Shown: positions 33,998-45,307, counted from the first letter of the stretch. The stretch is 64,000 nt of DNA from an uncultured Methanosarcinaceae archaeon (GCA_963833425.1 CAWHXP010000007.1:32001-96000), one strand, 5' to 3'. Numbers and translations are program-made. Notes: generated by a model not told the origin, from the letters alone.

Positions 33998-35408
33998 CTA
34001 GCGAAGCGATTTCCAACACGCCAGATTTCATGTTGTCCCTTCAAAGGGAGGACCCAGCATATCTGTCTGACAAAACGTCGGTAAGTCAGCATGAGCCAGT
34101 TATTAGTCCCCACCAGAGTGATCAATCGCGACATGTAGGTCAATTGGCCTGCGTTCATGGACATGGTGGTCGCATAGTCCTTGTCCAGTTCCTAATTTCT
34201 CCGTTGCTCCTTGCCCTATTTGCAGCCTTACACCCATGAGCATGGATTAGCAGTACAATGAGCGTTCCGGAAGCAAAGTCAATTGTGTAGCCATGGACCC
34301 AAATCTTTCAGTAGCATGTGTAAGTTCCGTCACGGCCAAGGAGCTGGGGACCGGGACATGCTGATTGGCGGCCTGAAACGACCCTTTGCGGTACGATGCC
34401 GCCAACATCGTACTCGGCGTCGGGTCCCAAGTACACGCCTGTCGTGAAGATTTGAGGGTTTGGACCATTAGCGAGGGACGTCGACCCATCAGCCACGATA
34501 GACACGTGTATCGCCTTCGAAAGGGTAGAATGTCACCGACAGCACATTGTCGTTGTTGGTGGTGTAAGCGATCCACATGTAGCCAGATTCCCCCCAGTCC
34601 TTCCCCCACGAGTTCTTGATTCTCCATGCTTGCTTGCTGTTGTTCCATCCCACCAGCAAGACCGCATAGTTGATGTCGGCATTGGATCCCTCGTTGAATA
34701 CCCCACTAGTATAGGCTTGAAAGGCCGGTGTCACCGCGACGGTCACTCCGAGCGGCCCGTACTCGAAAAGCGCCTTCTTCAGCGCAGCGACCGAAGGGAT
34801 CTCCACAGTGCTGTCGACATAGCCCCAGGCAACTGCCTTGTAAGGCAGTTGCACCCTGTATTGCACGTTCCTTTCGTCGCAACATAGGAATAATCATCTT
34901 CTTTTGCCGCTCCCTTGTCGATCAGATACTGGTAGGCCCACCAGCCACCATCGCAATCGCCGTAACCTCGGAGTCGAGTGTATCCTGTTCTGCGCTGTCA
35001 ATAAACTCCTTGTTCAGATCGCATAGCTTCCTTCGAACGCTCCGTGCGTGCCAAAAACCCAACAGGAACCACATCTCTTCTGGTCCCGCACATCTGTGAC
35101 TCCATTGTAATCGACCCAATTGAACTTATCCTCATCAGCCATGCATTGCTCAAGTAATATCCGCTTTGTTTCTTTCAATGACCTTGTCAATCTGTCATGT
35201 AGCTGTGCCTGCTTCAACCAGTTCGCAGGCGGCTTCATGCCATGATCTTCTCGATGGGAAAATCGATCGCCTTTGTATAGCCCAATTCGAAGGTCTATTG
35301 CTTGGTCGCTGCTTCATCCCGCAAGCTGGCGATGTTTGCCTTGATATGGGCTGATGCGCTCAGTTCCCTTTTCACATAGTCATTTGGAGGTTCGTTCGAA
35401 TTTTCCAT
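33998..35408 (-). pseudogene. Papain-like C1A cysteine peptidase, frameshifted, with a C-terminal extra domain
   Basis: VRDQKRCGSCWVF, NYAVLLVGW (catalytic His replaced by Tyr), WRIKNSWGKDWGESGY; several frameshifts; GC-rich. Confidence 0.88.
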
Positions 35409-35876
35409 TTATTCACTTTCCTTTTCCTACCACGTAAAGGCTTGCCTGATGGACTAGTATCTCTTTTGCCCATCAGCGTAGATAATTCGTCTAGAAACTT
35501 TTTAATATTTTCTGGTTTTTATTTTTTTGCAGTCTAAAATAATTGGTAAATTTTAGCGATCCTAGGAGATATTAAAAAGTCTCTTTTAATATCTTTATAG
35601 TCCATAATTTGTTGATTGTATTATCTAAAAATAATCAAAATACAGTCTCTAGATATTTCTTTTCTCGTTATTTTTACACGAGAGCCAACCTGCTTGTGAG
35701 CATATAAACTGAAGCTAAAGCCATGTTTTCGATACTAGTTTGAGTTTTAAAGTATATTGACTCCTTTGTTCGCCTGCTTAAATTTCATGTGGATATAATT
35801 TTCTACTATTATTATGAATTTTAAACAGAATGCACTAACATGCATTTAGCCCGCAAATATTTTAAATTAATTATAC

Positions 35877-36028
35877 AAAAAAAGTTTATAAACAAAAAAT
35901 AATATACGAAAAAAAGGTTCTAAACAAAAAATAATATACGAATAAAAGTTTATAAACAAAAATAATATACTTAAAAAGCTTCTAAACAAAAAAAAATATC
36001 GCACAAAATTTTTCATAATCAAAATAAT
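35877..36028 (+). repeat. AT-rich tandem repeat, ~31-bp unit x4-5
   Basis: aaaagtttataaacaaaaaataatatacg repeated with variation and without spacers. Confidence 0.8.
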
Positions 36029-36183
36029 CAATTAAGTAGTAACAATGCTATTTTGATTATTTCCCAAGTCTTTAGAATCTAACATTGTGCTTTTCCTCAC
36101 GAATTGATATAGTTAATTTTATAAATCATTTATTATATTTAATAGAAAAATTACACCTCACTTCCTAAATAGCTGTGCAATAT

Positions 36184-36605
36184 ACACAGGTTTTATCACA
36201 AAATCTATTGTGGCTTAAAATTATATTAATCAATATTTTATCAAAGAGAAAAAAAGATTATAACGTACCTAAACTTTCTTACTGATCTTAAACTTGAAGA
36301 TTAAGCTTGAAAAAGAATATTAAAAACGTCTTTTGATTCATTCTCAAATCTTTTTACGGTAATTGAAAAATTGAGTTTCTGTTCAGTTTATTCGTAGTTT
36401 CTTTTGTTAAAAGTACTATCTTATTATTTTTTTTAAATTTCTATTTACGATTGTGATTTGGGTTAATTAATTCAAAGTGTTCCATAGTCCAGATGCTCTA
36501 CGAATTACATAAGCTCTATAAGCTCCATGAGTCATATATTAGCCACATTTCTTATTTTGTATGGAACTTAGTGAATCAAGAGATTTCAGCACAAAAAAAA
36601 CGGTG
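36184..36605 (+). repeat. ~420-bp dispersed non-coding element, copy B
   Basis: Aligns with 2520-2960 and the reverse complement of 50643-51062. Confidence 0.85.
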
Positions 36606-37005
36606 TGTGTTTGAGATAGTAGAAAACGCACTCGAAGTTATCGACTGATGGAGACAATCACCTGTTTGCTATAATTCATGATATAAGGACTGCATGATCA
36701 TCATACTAATTAGTTTAAGTTAGTACTATTTAAAATATACTTAAAAATATATAATTAATTAAATCCAGTTAATTAATTAAATCCATTTATAATTTATGGG
36801 TTTTCCGTACACCTTATAGCAGACTTTTCAGCTGGCTGCAGATATCTCGTCATCTGGCAGCTAACAAGATCAATATTAGATGCCCGCTCATCCGTATTAG
36901 GCGCCTTCCCGAGTACCTGGTGATCTGCGACGATTTAATATCTCAATGTCACCGGTATTAGTCACTGAGAGGCTCTTCAAAACAGGAACGCCAACGTGCC
37001 AAAAT

Positions 37006-37305
37006 TCAGGAGCTTCCGCCTTCTGGAGTACCTGGTGATCTACGACGATTCAATATCTCAACGTCACCGGTATTAACGCCGCTGGGTTGCTCTTCAAATA
37101 CAGGAACTCCCTTGTCGTAATATAAAGGAGTATCGCTGGTAGTAATGTGGCCGGGCAGGTCTCTATCATAGTAGGTATGATAGTTACCGGGACCTTGATA
37201 TATGTGGTCTGCACTCGCCAATATAACTGTCAATGGTACTACTAAAAGGATTGCAAACGAAATAGTTAGTACCTTTTTCATTTTACTAGATAATTGTTTT
37301 AACAT
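37006..37305 (-). CDS. Small secreted hypothetical protein
   Basis: Signal peptide MKKVLTISFAILLVVPLTVILASA; RBS ggagtga; the C-terminal unit is duplicated downstream. Confidence 0.7.
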   Translation of the reverse strand: MLKQLSSKMKKVLTISFAILLVVPLTVILASADHIYQGPGNYHTYYDRDLPGHITTSDTPLYYDKGVPVFEEQPSGVNTGDVEILNRRRSPGTPEGGSS

Positions 37306-37894
37306 TTATTTCACTCCTATTATAAATAGACAAAAAAATTTTTAGATTATGTTGTTGAATGTTTGCTCAATCAACAAATTGAACTCTTATCAATAAGTAA
37401 ACGACCAAAAATTGAGGTTCATCGAATAAAATACTTTTAACTTTAAACGGAATGTATATTTTATTATATATCGATTACATGTTCATGATTTTCAAAGCAC
37501 ATACACGTGATTTATTTGATCTAACTTAATTTTATTTTAGAGAATTTCGATAAACCACAATTATTGATTTGTGTATGTATATCTTGGGACAATTATTTGA
37601 AATTATTTATAAAAAATATAGTTTCTAAACAAAAAGTCTTTTCCAATTAAATATTTTAACATTGAACAACAATTAAATACAAATTATGTAATATTAAATT
37701 TAGGAATGGTACTCATTTTTTTCATTACTCACTTTTCAAAAAAATATTTTAAAATCTAACGTAAGATAATATTATTCTTATTTATATAGATGCGACTATG
37801 TCACTCACTCGCTCTGAACCGTGAAGGATCCAAATCCAGGATACATAGGCTTTAGCACACAAAACTACGCATTTATGAAACAAGGAAAAGAAAC

Positions 37895-38893
37895 AGCTCT
37901 GTGGAAATCCTAAATTTGATGTTAATATTTTTATAATTTTTTGTTTATGTTGTATGTATTCACTTAATTTCAATCTCCTTCACTTGATAAATGAATTTTT
38001 TTTGCCCCTAGTGATTCTCCTAATTTTCTTTTAACTACAGAAAATATTGTCTCCACAATATTTGTTTGATTATATCTAATTTTGTCAAAGACCAGGTTCA
38101 ATTTTGTTCTATATTTTAACTTATTTTTTCCTTTTTCTATCTCTTTTACAGGTGTGATTGAACCTGATTTCATTTCTCTCTCTAATTAGGGAATGCATTT
38201 TTTCAGAATTGTATCCCTTATCCACTACATAACAATCAGACTTTCCCATCTTATTTGATTGCCTTATCAGAGCATTTTGCATGTTTGATTTCATGGTCTG
38301 TTTTTTGACTAATTTTTCATCCCAATATTACCTTTTTACTTGTGTCTATTGATATTGAAGTTCCCAGGAAGTTTCTTCGAAGTTTCCAGGTTCTTCTGGA
38401 ATAATAATAACTTGCATATAACTCGTAAATCCTGTTGCATCAATCGCTGCAATAGATACATTTCCTTCATATGAGTAAAACAACTTTAGAATCCTTGACA
38501 GAAGAAGGTTAGATAGAGAGATGGGAACCCTGGGTACAAACTTTTGAAAGGTAATGAAATGTGAAATCTTATCAAGAGCAAGTTTTTCTTTTAAATAGCT
38601 CATACGGTCAATAATTTCTACAAAATTTTGATAGTCTGTGCTATATACTCCTTCGATAAAACCAGTACAAGAAGCTGATGCCAGGTATAAACGTGTTTTG
38701 AATACTTGCAAGAATAAATCTTCGGTCTCGAAGACTAACAGTTTCAAGATTGGTATCAACAAATTTAATGTACTTATTAAACTTCAATATTGAATGTTCC
38801 TTCGTTTTTAGTGGAAAAATAAGAAAAATATTATAATTTGGCAGTTATGATACTTTAATGTAAAAGTTCAATTTAGAGCATTCTGACAGAGCT
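37895..38893 (-). mobile_element. IS5-family element (second lineage) with fragmented transposase
   Basis: Ends agctctgtggaaat and attctgacagagct; AIDATGFTS, VVDKGY, QTNIVETIFSVVKRK. Confidence 0.85.
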
Positions 38894-39695
38894 AAAAATT
38901 CCATAGATTATAAACGACATTTTGCTTAATTTTCTGTTAAATCGCAAATTTCACGGCTCATTAGGTCGAAAATTTGATCTCATGAGAACCGAATTCTATA
39001 CAGTATACAAAAATTGTGTTTCAAATTTACACTAAATTCGCTACGTTAATTTTATCGCAGTGTACTGAAAGGTCTGTAAAATCACAAGTGTCTAGAAATT
39101 GTTAAATCGAAAATCTTACTCAGAAGAAAGATTAAATAAAATAATTAGAAATTTGACTTCGCATTTACAGTAAATTTGCGGTGCTGTTCATTTTTTGCAA
39201 GAAAAACCTTACTTAGAATCTTGATAAGCCATTAATTTTTCAGGAGTCATATATTTTCATAAGTTTAGGATGAAATTTATGTGTTTACAGAAAATCTATA
39301 GTAATTATTAAGAATTGTTAACTTATGGTAATAATTGATTCTTATATTTAATTAATGATATATATTCATAATTAACATTTCTCAATATATTATATCTTTT
39401 GGATATCAATAATGTGATAATACAATCTGAAAGAATTCCTATCGGCATATCTGCTGATTTAACTATTTAATGATATATAGGTCTTTTAAAAATGAAGATT
39501 AACTAGCTGTTACAATACCAGTCTGTTAACAGGTTTGTGAAATACTAGTTAGTTAAATAATATTTCCACAGTGTATCGCCGATGGAAAGTGCATTGAAAA
39601 AGTAACAGTATGAAAAGTACATCCTAAAATGCATCATATCAGTTGTATCACATAAAAAGTGTATCAGAGTAAACAAAAATCAGGAGAATAAACCG

Positions 39696-40001
39696 GTGAA
39701 AAGACAAACAATTTCCAAAATAAGTAAAACAATAGGTGTTTTACTAGCTGTCTTCCTTGTAGTAACATTGACAGCAGTGGCAGCGAGTGCAAATTGTGGC
39801 GGTCATGGTGGCCATGGAGGTTGCGGAGGATGCGGAAGCAGTGGATGCGGAAGCAGTGGATGCGGAAGCAGTGGAGGATGCGGCAGCTGTGGAGGATGCG
39901 GAAGCAGTGGAGGATGTGGCGGCTGTGCACTGCCACCGATGCCACCGATGCCCATGTTTTGTGGCAGCGGCTGTGGATGTGGCAGCGGCTGTGGTTGTTA
40001 A
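39696..40001 (+). CDS. Secreted Gly/Cys-rich small protein
   Basis: GTG start after ggag; signal peptide ending AASA; 69-aa mature part with 15 Cys in GGC/GSSGC repeats. Confidence 0.8.
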   Translation: MKRQTISKISKTIGVLLAVFLVVTLTAVAASANCGGHGGHGGCGGCGSSGCGSSGCGSSGGCGSCGGCGSSGGCGGCALPPMPPMPMFCGSGCGCGSGCGC

Positions 40002-40311
40002 TATCAAAATCTAATTACAGTAAATGGTAAAAATGAACACTTAAAAAATTATGAATTTAAACAATAGTACGTTCTGGATTTTTCCGCTCCCACTCTTTCT
40101 TCACCCATCTATATAATATCGTTAATATCGTAGGAAGCAACTCAGAAACGATGGAGATTTACAATTTATTATTAAGATCGCTGAAGCAATTTTATTGAAT
40201 AATTCTACGTGAATCTGAAACAATTCAGAAATGCATCTCAATTTTTCAAGTGGTCATTATTGAAAGTTTGAATCAGATACAGAGAATTATGGAAATTTAG
40301 CATCGAAATAA

Positions 40312-40400
40312 GAAGATTTCGATAAAATCCTGATTTTTACGAGTCATTTATATAATATTTATAAGCATATGACAAAATCAAGGGGTTTATCGGAATCCTC
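40312..40400. mobile_element. 89-bp hairpin MITE with IS5-type ends
   Basis: gaagatttcgataaaatcc ... ggggtttatcggaatcctc match the IRs of 53243-54378. Confidence 0.75.
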
Positions 40401-40456
40401 TGCATTAAAAAATATCATAAAATTTAAGAAACAAGGCAAATCCTAATTTTGATAAT

Positions 40457-42679
40457 TCAAACTTTTAATCTTTGATGTATGTTAGGTAGAAATTTATCAA
40501 AATATTTAGTCACTAAACAGGATTCTGTGCATTTCCTGCATCTAATGCACTTTTCGCTTACATATATTCTTCGTTCAATTAGAGAAACTGCACCCATAGG
40601 GCATGCTTTTATACAAATCCCACAGCCTGTACAGTGGATAAATCTTATTAATTGCTTTGTGACATCTTTAAAAAGGCTAATCGCTTTTTCTTTTGTTTCA
40701 GAGCTCACTAGCAGATTTCCACTTGAAAAAAACTTTACAGTCCCTATACCAGTTTTGACAAGCAGAATACCCATTTCTTCCATATAAACCGTATTTCCAA
40801 GTACATTTATGCAACCTGTAATTTCTTTTTCCCTGATACCTCGTACTTCTGCTTCTATTGAGAAACCTCCAGCCCTGCAGGGGGAAATTCCTCCCACGAC
40901 TTCAATTTCAAAATTTTCAAAATTTTCTTTAGCAAGAATAGAAATCCCAAGTTCTTCTGCCAGTCTGCACATTTTCGGAGGCAACTCCTTCCAGCGCCAG
41001 AATCCATATTCTATGAACTTTTCAGAAAGTCCCCGGATTTTTGCCCACTCCAACAGGAAAGAATTCCATTTCTCATGCATTTCAGGGTGTAGCTCTTTTA
41101 CTCTGGAGTATTCGGCAGCAAGGGCAGACGGGCAAAGCCAGCATCCTATTCTTTCAAAACCAAGATCATAGAGAGGATTGTATGGGAGTCCTCTCCAGTA
41201 AATATATAGCCATACTTCGAGAGCCTTCCAGTTTCTTATGGGGAAGATATTGAGCTGGGAAGGTACAAAGGGATTTTTCTCACTAGCCGCAACTCTCGCT
41301 CTTGAGAAGGATTCATGTTTTCTCTTACCATCGATTGTCAGATAAGCTACACCATTATCTATTTTTCTATCAGGAGAGTTGGAGATGCCTTTTCCTACAT
41401 CCAAGTTACCTGCAGATGACAGTTTACATACTTTGCAGCACCAACGAAAATCTTTAGCAGGAGGCCCAAATTTCCTAATTTGATCCCAGAAAGAAGAGCC
41501 TGCATTAATTTCTTCAAGTGGAATTTCCATCTTCTGGCAAGAAATTCTAACAAATTCGACAGTTTCAGGAAACTCGATTCCGGTATTGAGAAAGAAAGCC
41601 TTGAGTTCCCTATGTTTGAGGGCAGCTCGGGCCAGATCCATACTTACAAGGCTGTCTTTTCCGCCACTGAAAGAGACATAAATAGGAAGGTCAATGTTTT
41701 CGTTGCTGGAAACAATCCCACGAATTGTATTGATGGCGTTTTTGCCAAGAACTTGAAGATGCTTTTTGTTTGCCTCTATACATGCACTAAGATCCGGAGT
41801 TTCTGGATGAAGGAATGCCTTACTACTATCAATTCTCCTGATTCTGAGGACTTTCGCTCCGGCATCTGTTGAGGATATAAATCTATTTTGAACTTCATTT
41901 TCAGCCAGGTTTTTCAGCTTTGAAAAGTCTTCTCCGTTAATATAAGAAACTCCATATCCCGTCAGTTTGCCTGCAGTCACAAGGACGAAATCTCCCTTCT
42001 TTATGGTATCCATAAAGAATTGAACAAGCTCTATTGTAACTTTTTTCCCATTAAAATGCCTGTTATTTTTCTTAAGTTCAACTCTTCTGCTTTTCGCGTA
42101 CATCAGGAGAATTTTTGCTCCCTGAATGGAAGGTTCGAAACTGTAGCTCCCTTTGGGAATCTCAAAACGGAGAATTCCAAATATGAAGCCATCAACGAGT
42201 ACTTCATCTGTTTTATCTTCACCAGGTATTTTATTAAGGAGTATTAACCTGTCATCTAGAGGATTGCAGCCAAAAGTTGAGGAAAGTTGCCTGTTAATAA
42301 TTTCTTTCTCATAAGGTGAACAGAAACGGATATCTGCAGGCTGGGAAAGAGGTATAAATTGTCCATCGTTTCCACATCTTCCGCACTCTTTTCCAATCAA
42401 AGGCAGGTTGCATTTTTTACACCAGAAAATATGGCTATCTTCATACTCGAAACGCTGAAAATTTTGTTTTTTCGGAAAATTCGAATTTATATTTTTTTTC
42501 GCGCTAGAGATCTTTTTGGTAGAATCCTTTCCACTAAAATCTCGGGATTTGTCTACAGTGAGATTTTCATCTGTATGAAAATCTTTTTTTCCCGGCTTAA
42601 TATATATTTTTCCATTAAGTTTGTTTCTATTTTGCTTATTCGGTTCCGAATCCCGAATTTTTTCATTTTTCTGCTGCAT
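40457..42679 (-). CDS. PAPS reductase family protein with N-terminal Zn-ribbon/PUA-like region and C-terminal ferredoxin domain
   Basis: SFSGGKDS, RWCCKVCK, RIGCWLCP, CTGCGIC..CP, CIRCRKC. Confidence 0.9.
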   Translation of the reverse strand: MQQKNEKIRDSEPNKQNRNKLNGKIYIKPGKKDFHTDENLTVDKSRDFSGKDSTKKISSAKKNINSNFPKKQNFQRFEYEDSHIFWCKKCNLPLIGKECGRCGNDGQFIPLSQPADIRFCSPYEKEIINRQLSSTFGCNPLDDRLILLNKIPGEDKTDEVLVDGFIFGILRFEIPKGSYSFEPSIQGAKILLMYAKSRRVELKKNNRHFNGKKVTIELVQFFMDTIKKGDFVLVTAGKLTGYGVSYINGEDFSKLKNLAENEVQNRFISSTDAGAKVLRIRRIDSSKAFLHPETPDLSACIEANKKHLQVLGKNAINTIRGIVSSNENIDLPIYVSFSGGKDSLVSMDLARAALKHRELKAFFLNTGIEFPETVEFVRISCQKMEIPLEEINAGSSFWDQIRKFGPPAKDFRWCCKVCKLSSAGNLDVGKGISNSPDRKIDNGVAYLTIDGKRKHESFSRARVAASEKNPFVPSQLNIFPIRNWKALEVWLYIYWRGLPYNPLYDLGFERIGCWLCPSALAAEYSRVKELHPEMHEKWNSFLLEWAKIRGLSEKFIEYGFWRWKELPPKMCRLAEELGISILAKENFENFEIEVVGGISPCRAGGFSIEAEVRGIREKEITGCINVLGNTVYMEEMGILLVKTGIGTVKFFSSGNLLVSSETKEKAISLFKDVTKQLIRFIHCTGCGICIKACPMGAVSLIERRIYVSEKCIRCRKCTESCLVTKYFDKFLPNIHQRLKV

Positions 42680-42716
42680 GTAAACTCTGGCCTGTTATTT
42701 GAAAAATTAATAATCC

Positions 42717-42835
42717 AGCATTCTAAAATGTACGATTTGTTTGCCTATTTGCCTAATATTATTCATTTAAAATTAGATTAATTTTTAAGCTACTCTCATA
42801 TTGAAAAAAATGATTAGAATTTTTGTGTACATCTG
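42717..42835 (-). repeat. ~115-bp MITE-like repeat, copy 4
   Basis: Reverse complement reads cagatgtacacaaaaatt...tcaatatgagagtagcttaaaaattaatct...ggcaaataggcaaacaaat. Confidence 0.75.
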
Positions 42836-43185
42836 CAAAAAGTGTGATTAAGTACTAAATGCAGTTCAATTTTCTCTTTCAGTCTAAAGATGGATACATT
42901 TATCAATATCATGAGATTGTGGAAGTATTGTGGTGTGAAAGAAGTTGATGAAAGCGTGAAAATATTATAAAAAAATGCTTGAATCTAAAAATCTAACATT
43001 AGTATATCACTTGATATAAAGAATCATAAATTATTCAAAATCATTAAAATGAACGAAAGTACACTTAAAAAGCAATCCATCTATAAGAGATCACTTTATT
43101 TATGGAATTATTTTGTCATTTCAATTACAGTCATGATCTTTAAATATATCAAGCTTCCTGCTAATGCAAGAATTTATTCTCGAGA

Positions 43186-44448
43186 GTGAACAGAATGAAT
43201 TATGATGTTGTTGTCGTTGGAGCCGGGCCTGTAGGATCCATAGCTGCTCGCTATGCGGCTTTGAATGGAGCAAAGGTCCTCCTTCTTGAAGAGCATCCTT
43301 CGATAGGATCTCCTGTAGGCTGTACCGGACTTTTGAGCACGAGAGCTGTGGCTGAATGCGAACTCAAACCATCTGATGAGTTTGTATTCAACTCAGTACA
43401 CGGGGCTTTTGTATACTCCCCTGACGGACAGTGCCTTCCAATCGATGGTCAACAGACTAAGGCATACGTGATCTCGAGGAAGATTTTTGACCGTAAGCTT
43501 GCAGCAATGGCTGTTGAGGAAGGCGCGGTACTTTCTCTAAGGACAAGGGTTATAGGGCTTGAGAGAGGGTATCCAAAAGATGAAATGGGAAGAAAAGTAA
43601 GTCGGACTCCAACAAAACTCATGGTACTCAAAAATGGCAACCCTGAAATAATATCTGCATCAGTAGTTATCGGAGCCGATGGAGCGAAAAGCCGTATAGC
43701 CAGTTATTCAGGACTTGAAAAACCTGCTCGTATGCTTTCTGGAATTCAGATAGAAGTTCCATACAAATCTCAAAATATTGACTTTGTTGAATTGTTCTTA
43801 GGCTCTTCAGCCCCTGGTTTGTTTGCCTGGACAGTGCCTATTGACGAAAAAATTTCAAGGATTGGGCTCGCCTTGGAACCAAGCTTTGCTTGCAAAAATG
43901 GTCGTGAAGAGAGTTCTCCTCTTTCTTATCTTGATAAATTCCTTCAATCAAACCCCCACGTAAAAGCCAGGTACTCAAGAGGTATGCTTGATTTTGTAGT
44001 AGGAGGAATCCCAATAGGCCCTCCTGAAAGAACTGTTTCTGATAGTATTTTGCTAGTCGGAGATGCGGCAGGGCAGGTTAAACCAATATCAGCTGGCGGT
44101 ATATATACCGGAGCTTTTGCAGCAAAAATAGCTGGAAAAGTTGCAGCAAACGCTGCCCTTGAAGGGAACACATCTGTACAAAGGCTTTCCGAATATGATA
44201 TGCTCTGGCGAAAATACCTCGGAAAAGAATTTGAAAGAGGTCTAAAAATCCATGACTATATAGTTAAGTTGGAAGACAAGCAGCTAAATGATCTTATAGG
44301 TTCGTTAAACACCAAGTCTATCCTTAAAATAATCACTGAGTATGGAGATATGGATCGTCCTTCAGTCCTCATGAAAAAACTCATCTTCTCAGCAAATTCC
44401 ATAAAGTTTATGAAAGCTTTTGGAGTATTCCTAAAAACCATTTTTTAA
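43186..44448 (+). CDS. Geranylgeranyl reductase family flavoprotein
   Basis: YDVVVVGAGPVG, PVGCTG, LVGDAAGQVKPISAGGI. Confidence 0.9.
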   Translation: MNRMNYDVVVVGAGPVGSIAARYAALNGAKVLLLEEHPSIGSPVGCTGLLSTRAVAECELKPSDEFVFNSVHGAFVYSPDGQCLPIDGQQTKAYVISRKIFDRKLAAMAVEEGAVLSLRTRVIGLERGYPKDEMGRKVSRTPTKLMVLKNGNPEIISASVVIGADGAKSRIASYSGLEKPARMLSGIQIEVPYKSQNIDFVELFLGSSAPGLFAWTVPIDEKISRIGLALEPSFACKNGREESSPLSYLDKFLQSNPHVKARYSRGMLDFVVGGIPIGPPERTVSDSILLVGDAAGQVKPISAGGIYTGAFAAKIAGKVAANAALEGNTSVQRLSEYDMLWRKYLGKEFERGLKIHDYIVKLEDKQLNDLIGSLNTKSILKIITEYGDMDRPSVLMKKLIFSANSIKFMKAFGVFLKTIF

Positions 44449-45307
44449 AAAGTTAATAATATAGGCAGAAAACTCCGTAAATTTATGGAAGCTTTTGGAG
44501 CGTTCATGATGCCCCTTCTTTAGAAGGCTCAAATCACATCAAAATATACTATTTTAAATTTTAATAGTTAGTGGATTACTATTGGTATTTTTTTCTTCTT
44601 ATGTTTTGTGTTTTTATTCTTTGAACAACTTCCACCTTTTCCTCTGAACGGGTTTTACCCAATAGGGCATCTAATAAGATCCACCTTCTCAAATTTTCAC
44701 TGATGTAATTTATAGTTGGATTCTTTTATATGCACTTTATCCGGCATATGCAAGATCTTCAAATTCTGAAGAACTCAGCCATCGAATAGTGAGTAAATTT
44801 TATTAAGAATACATTAAAAGGATAGATACTTGTGCCTAGTGGGTACAAAATATAATCGTTTTCTCTTCTGAGTAAAACTTGCTATGTTGACTTTTCAGTG
44901 GGTGAAGTTCTATTCCGACTAGCAAAGCACTAATTCGACTTTTGTGCAATGAAACGAAAACGATTTTTTCGAATGACAGGAAAATGAATGAAGCATTTCT
45001 GTTAGAATAACTTATTTAATAAATTAGAAAGTAAACGGAAGAAATTTAGAACTAAAAAAAAGTACCATAAAAATGATAAAAATGTAAGGAATATTCGAAT
45101 AAGACTAAGAAAAATGACTGAGATATGTGGCTGTTTTTCTTTAAAATTCACTAATTCGCTATATACATTATTTATCAAGATTCTTTTCACGTTATTATTT
45201 CTTGCAATCCTTTTTATTTTGATTGTCTCTTACAATCCTCTTATATACTTATATAATATCAGCTCGCTAGTTCCATATTATTTTAGATAAAATGAATCTT
45301 TTTGTTT

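Noticed and set aside
3875..35408. Pyrrolysine read-through of TAG codons in interrupted genes
   Set aside because: The same genes also carry TAA/TGA stops and frameshifts, and no methylamine methyltransferase is present.
35877..36028. Possible CRISPR array
   Set aside because: Units are contiguous without unique spacers, and there are no cas genes.
39664..40030. Alternative-frame ORFs (AEAVD, MRKQW and CFRIH repeats)
   Set aside because: These are shadows of the repetitive Gly/Cys gene; only the 39696 frame has an RBS and a signal peptide.
40457..42679. PAPS reductase as evidence of sulfate assimilation linked to the sulfatases
   Set aside because: This architecture is widespread in methanogens, its substrate is uncertain, and no sat or cysC is nearby.
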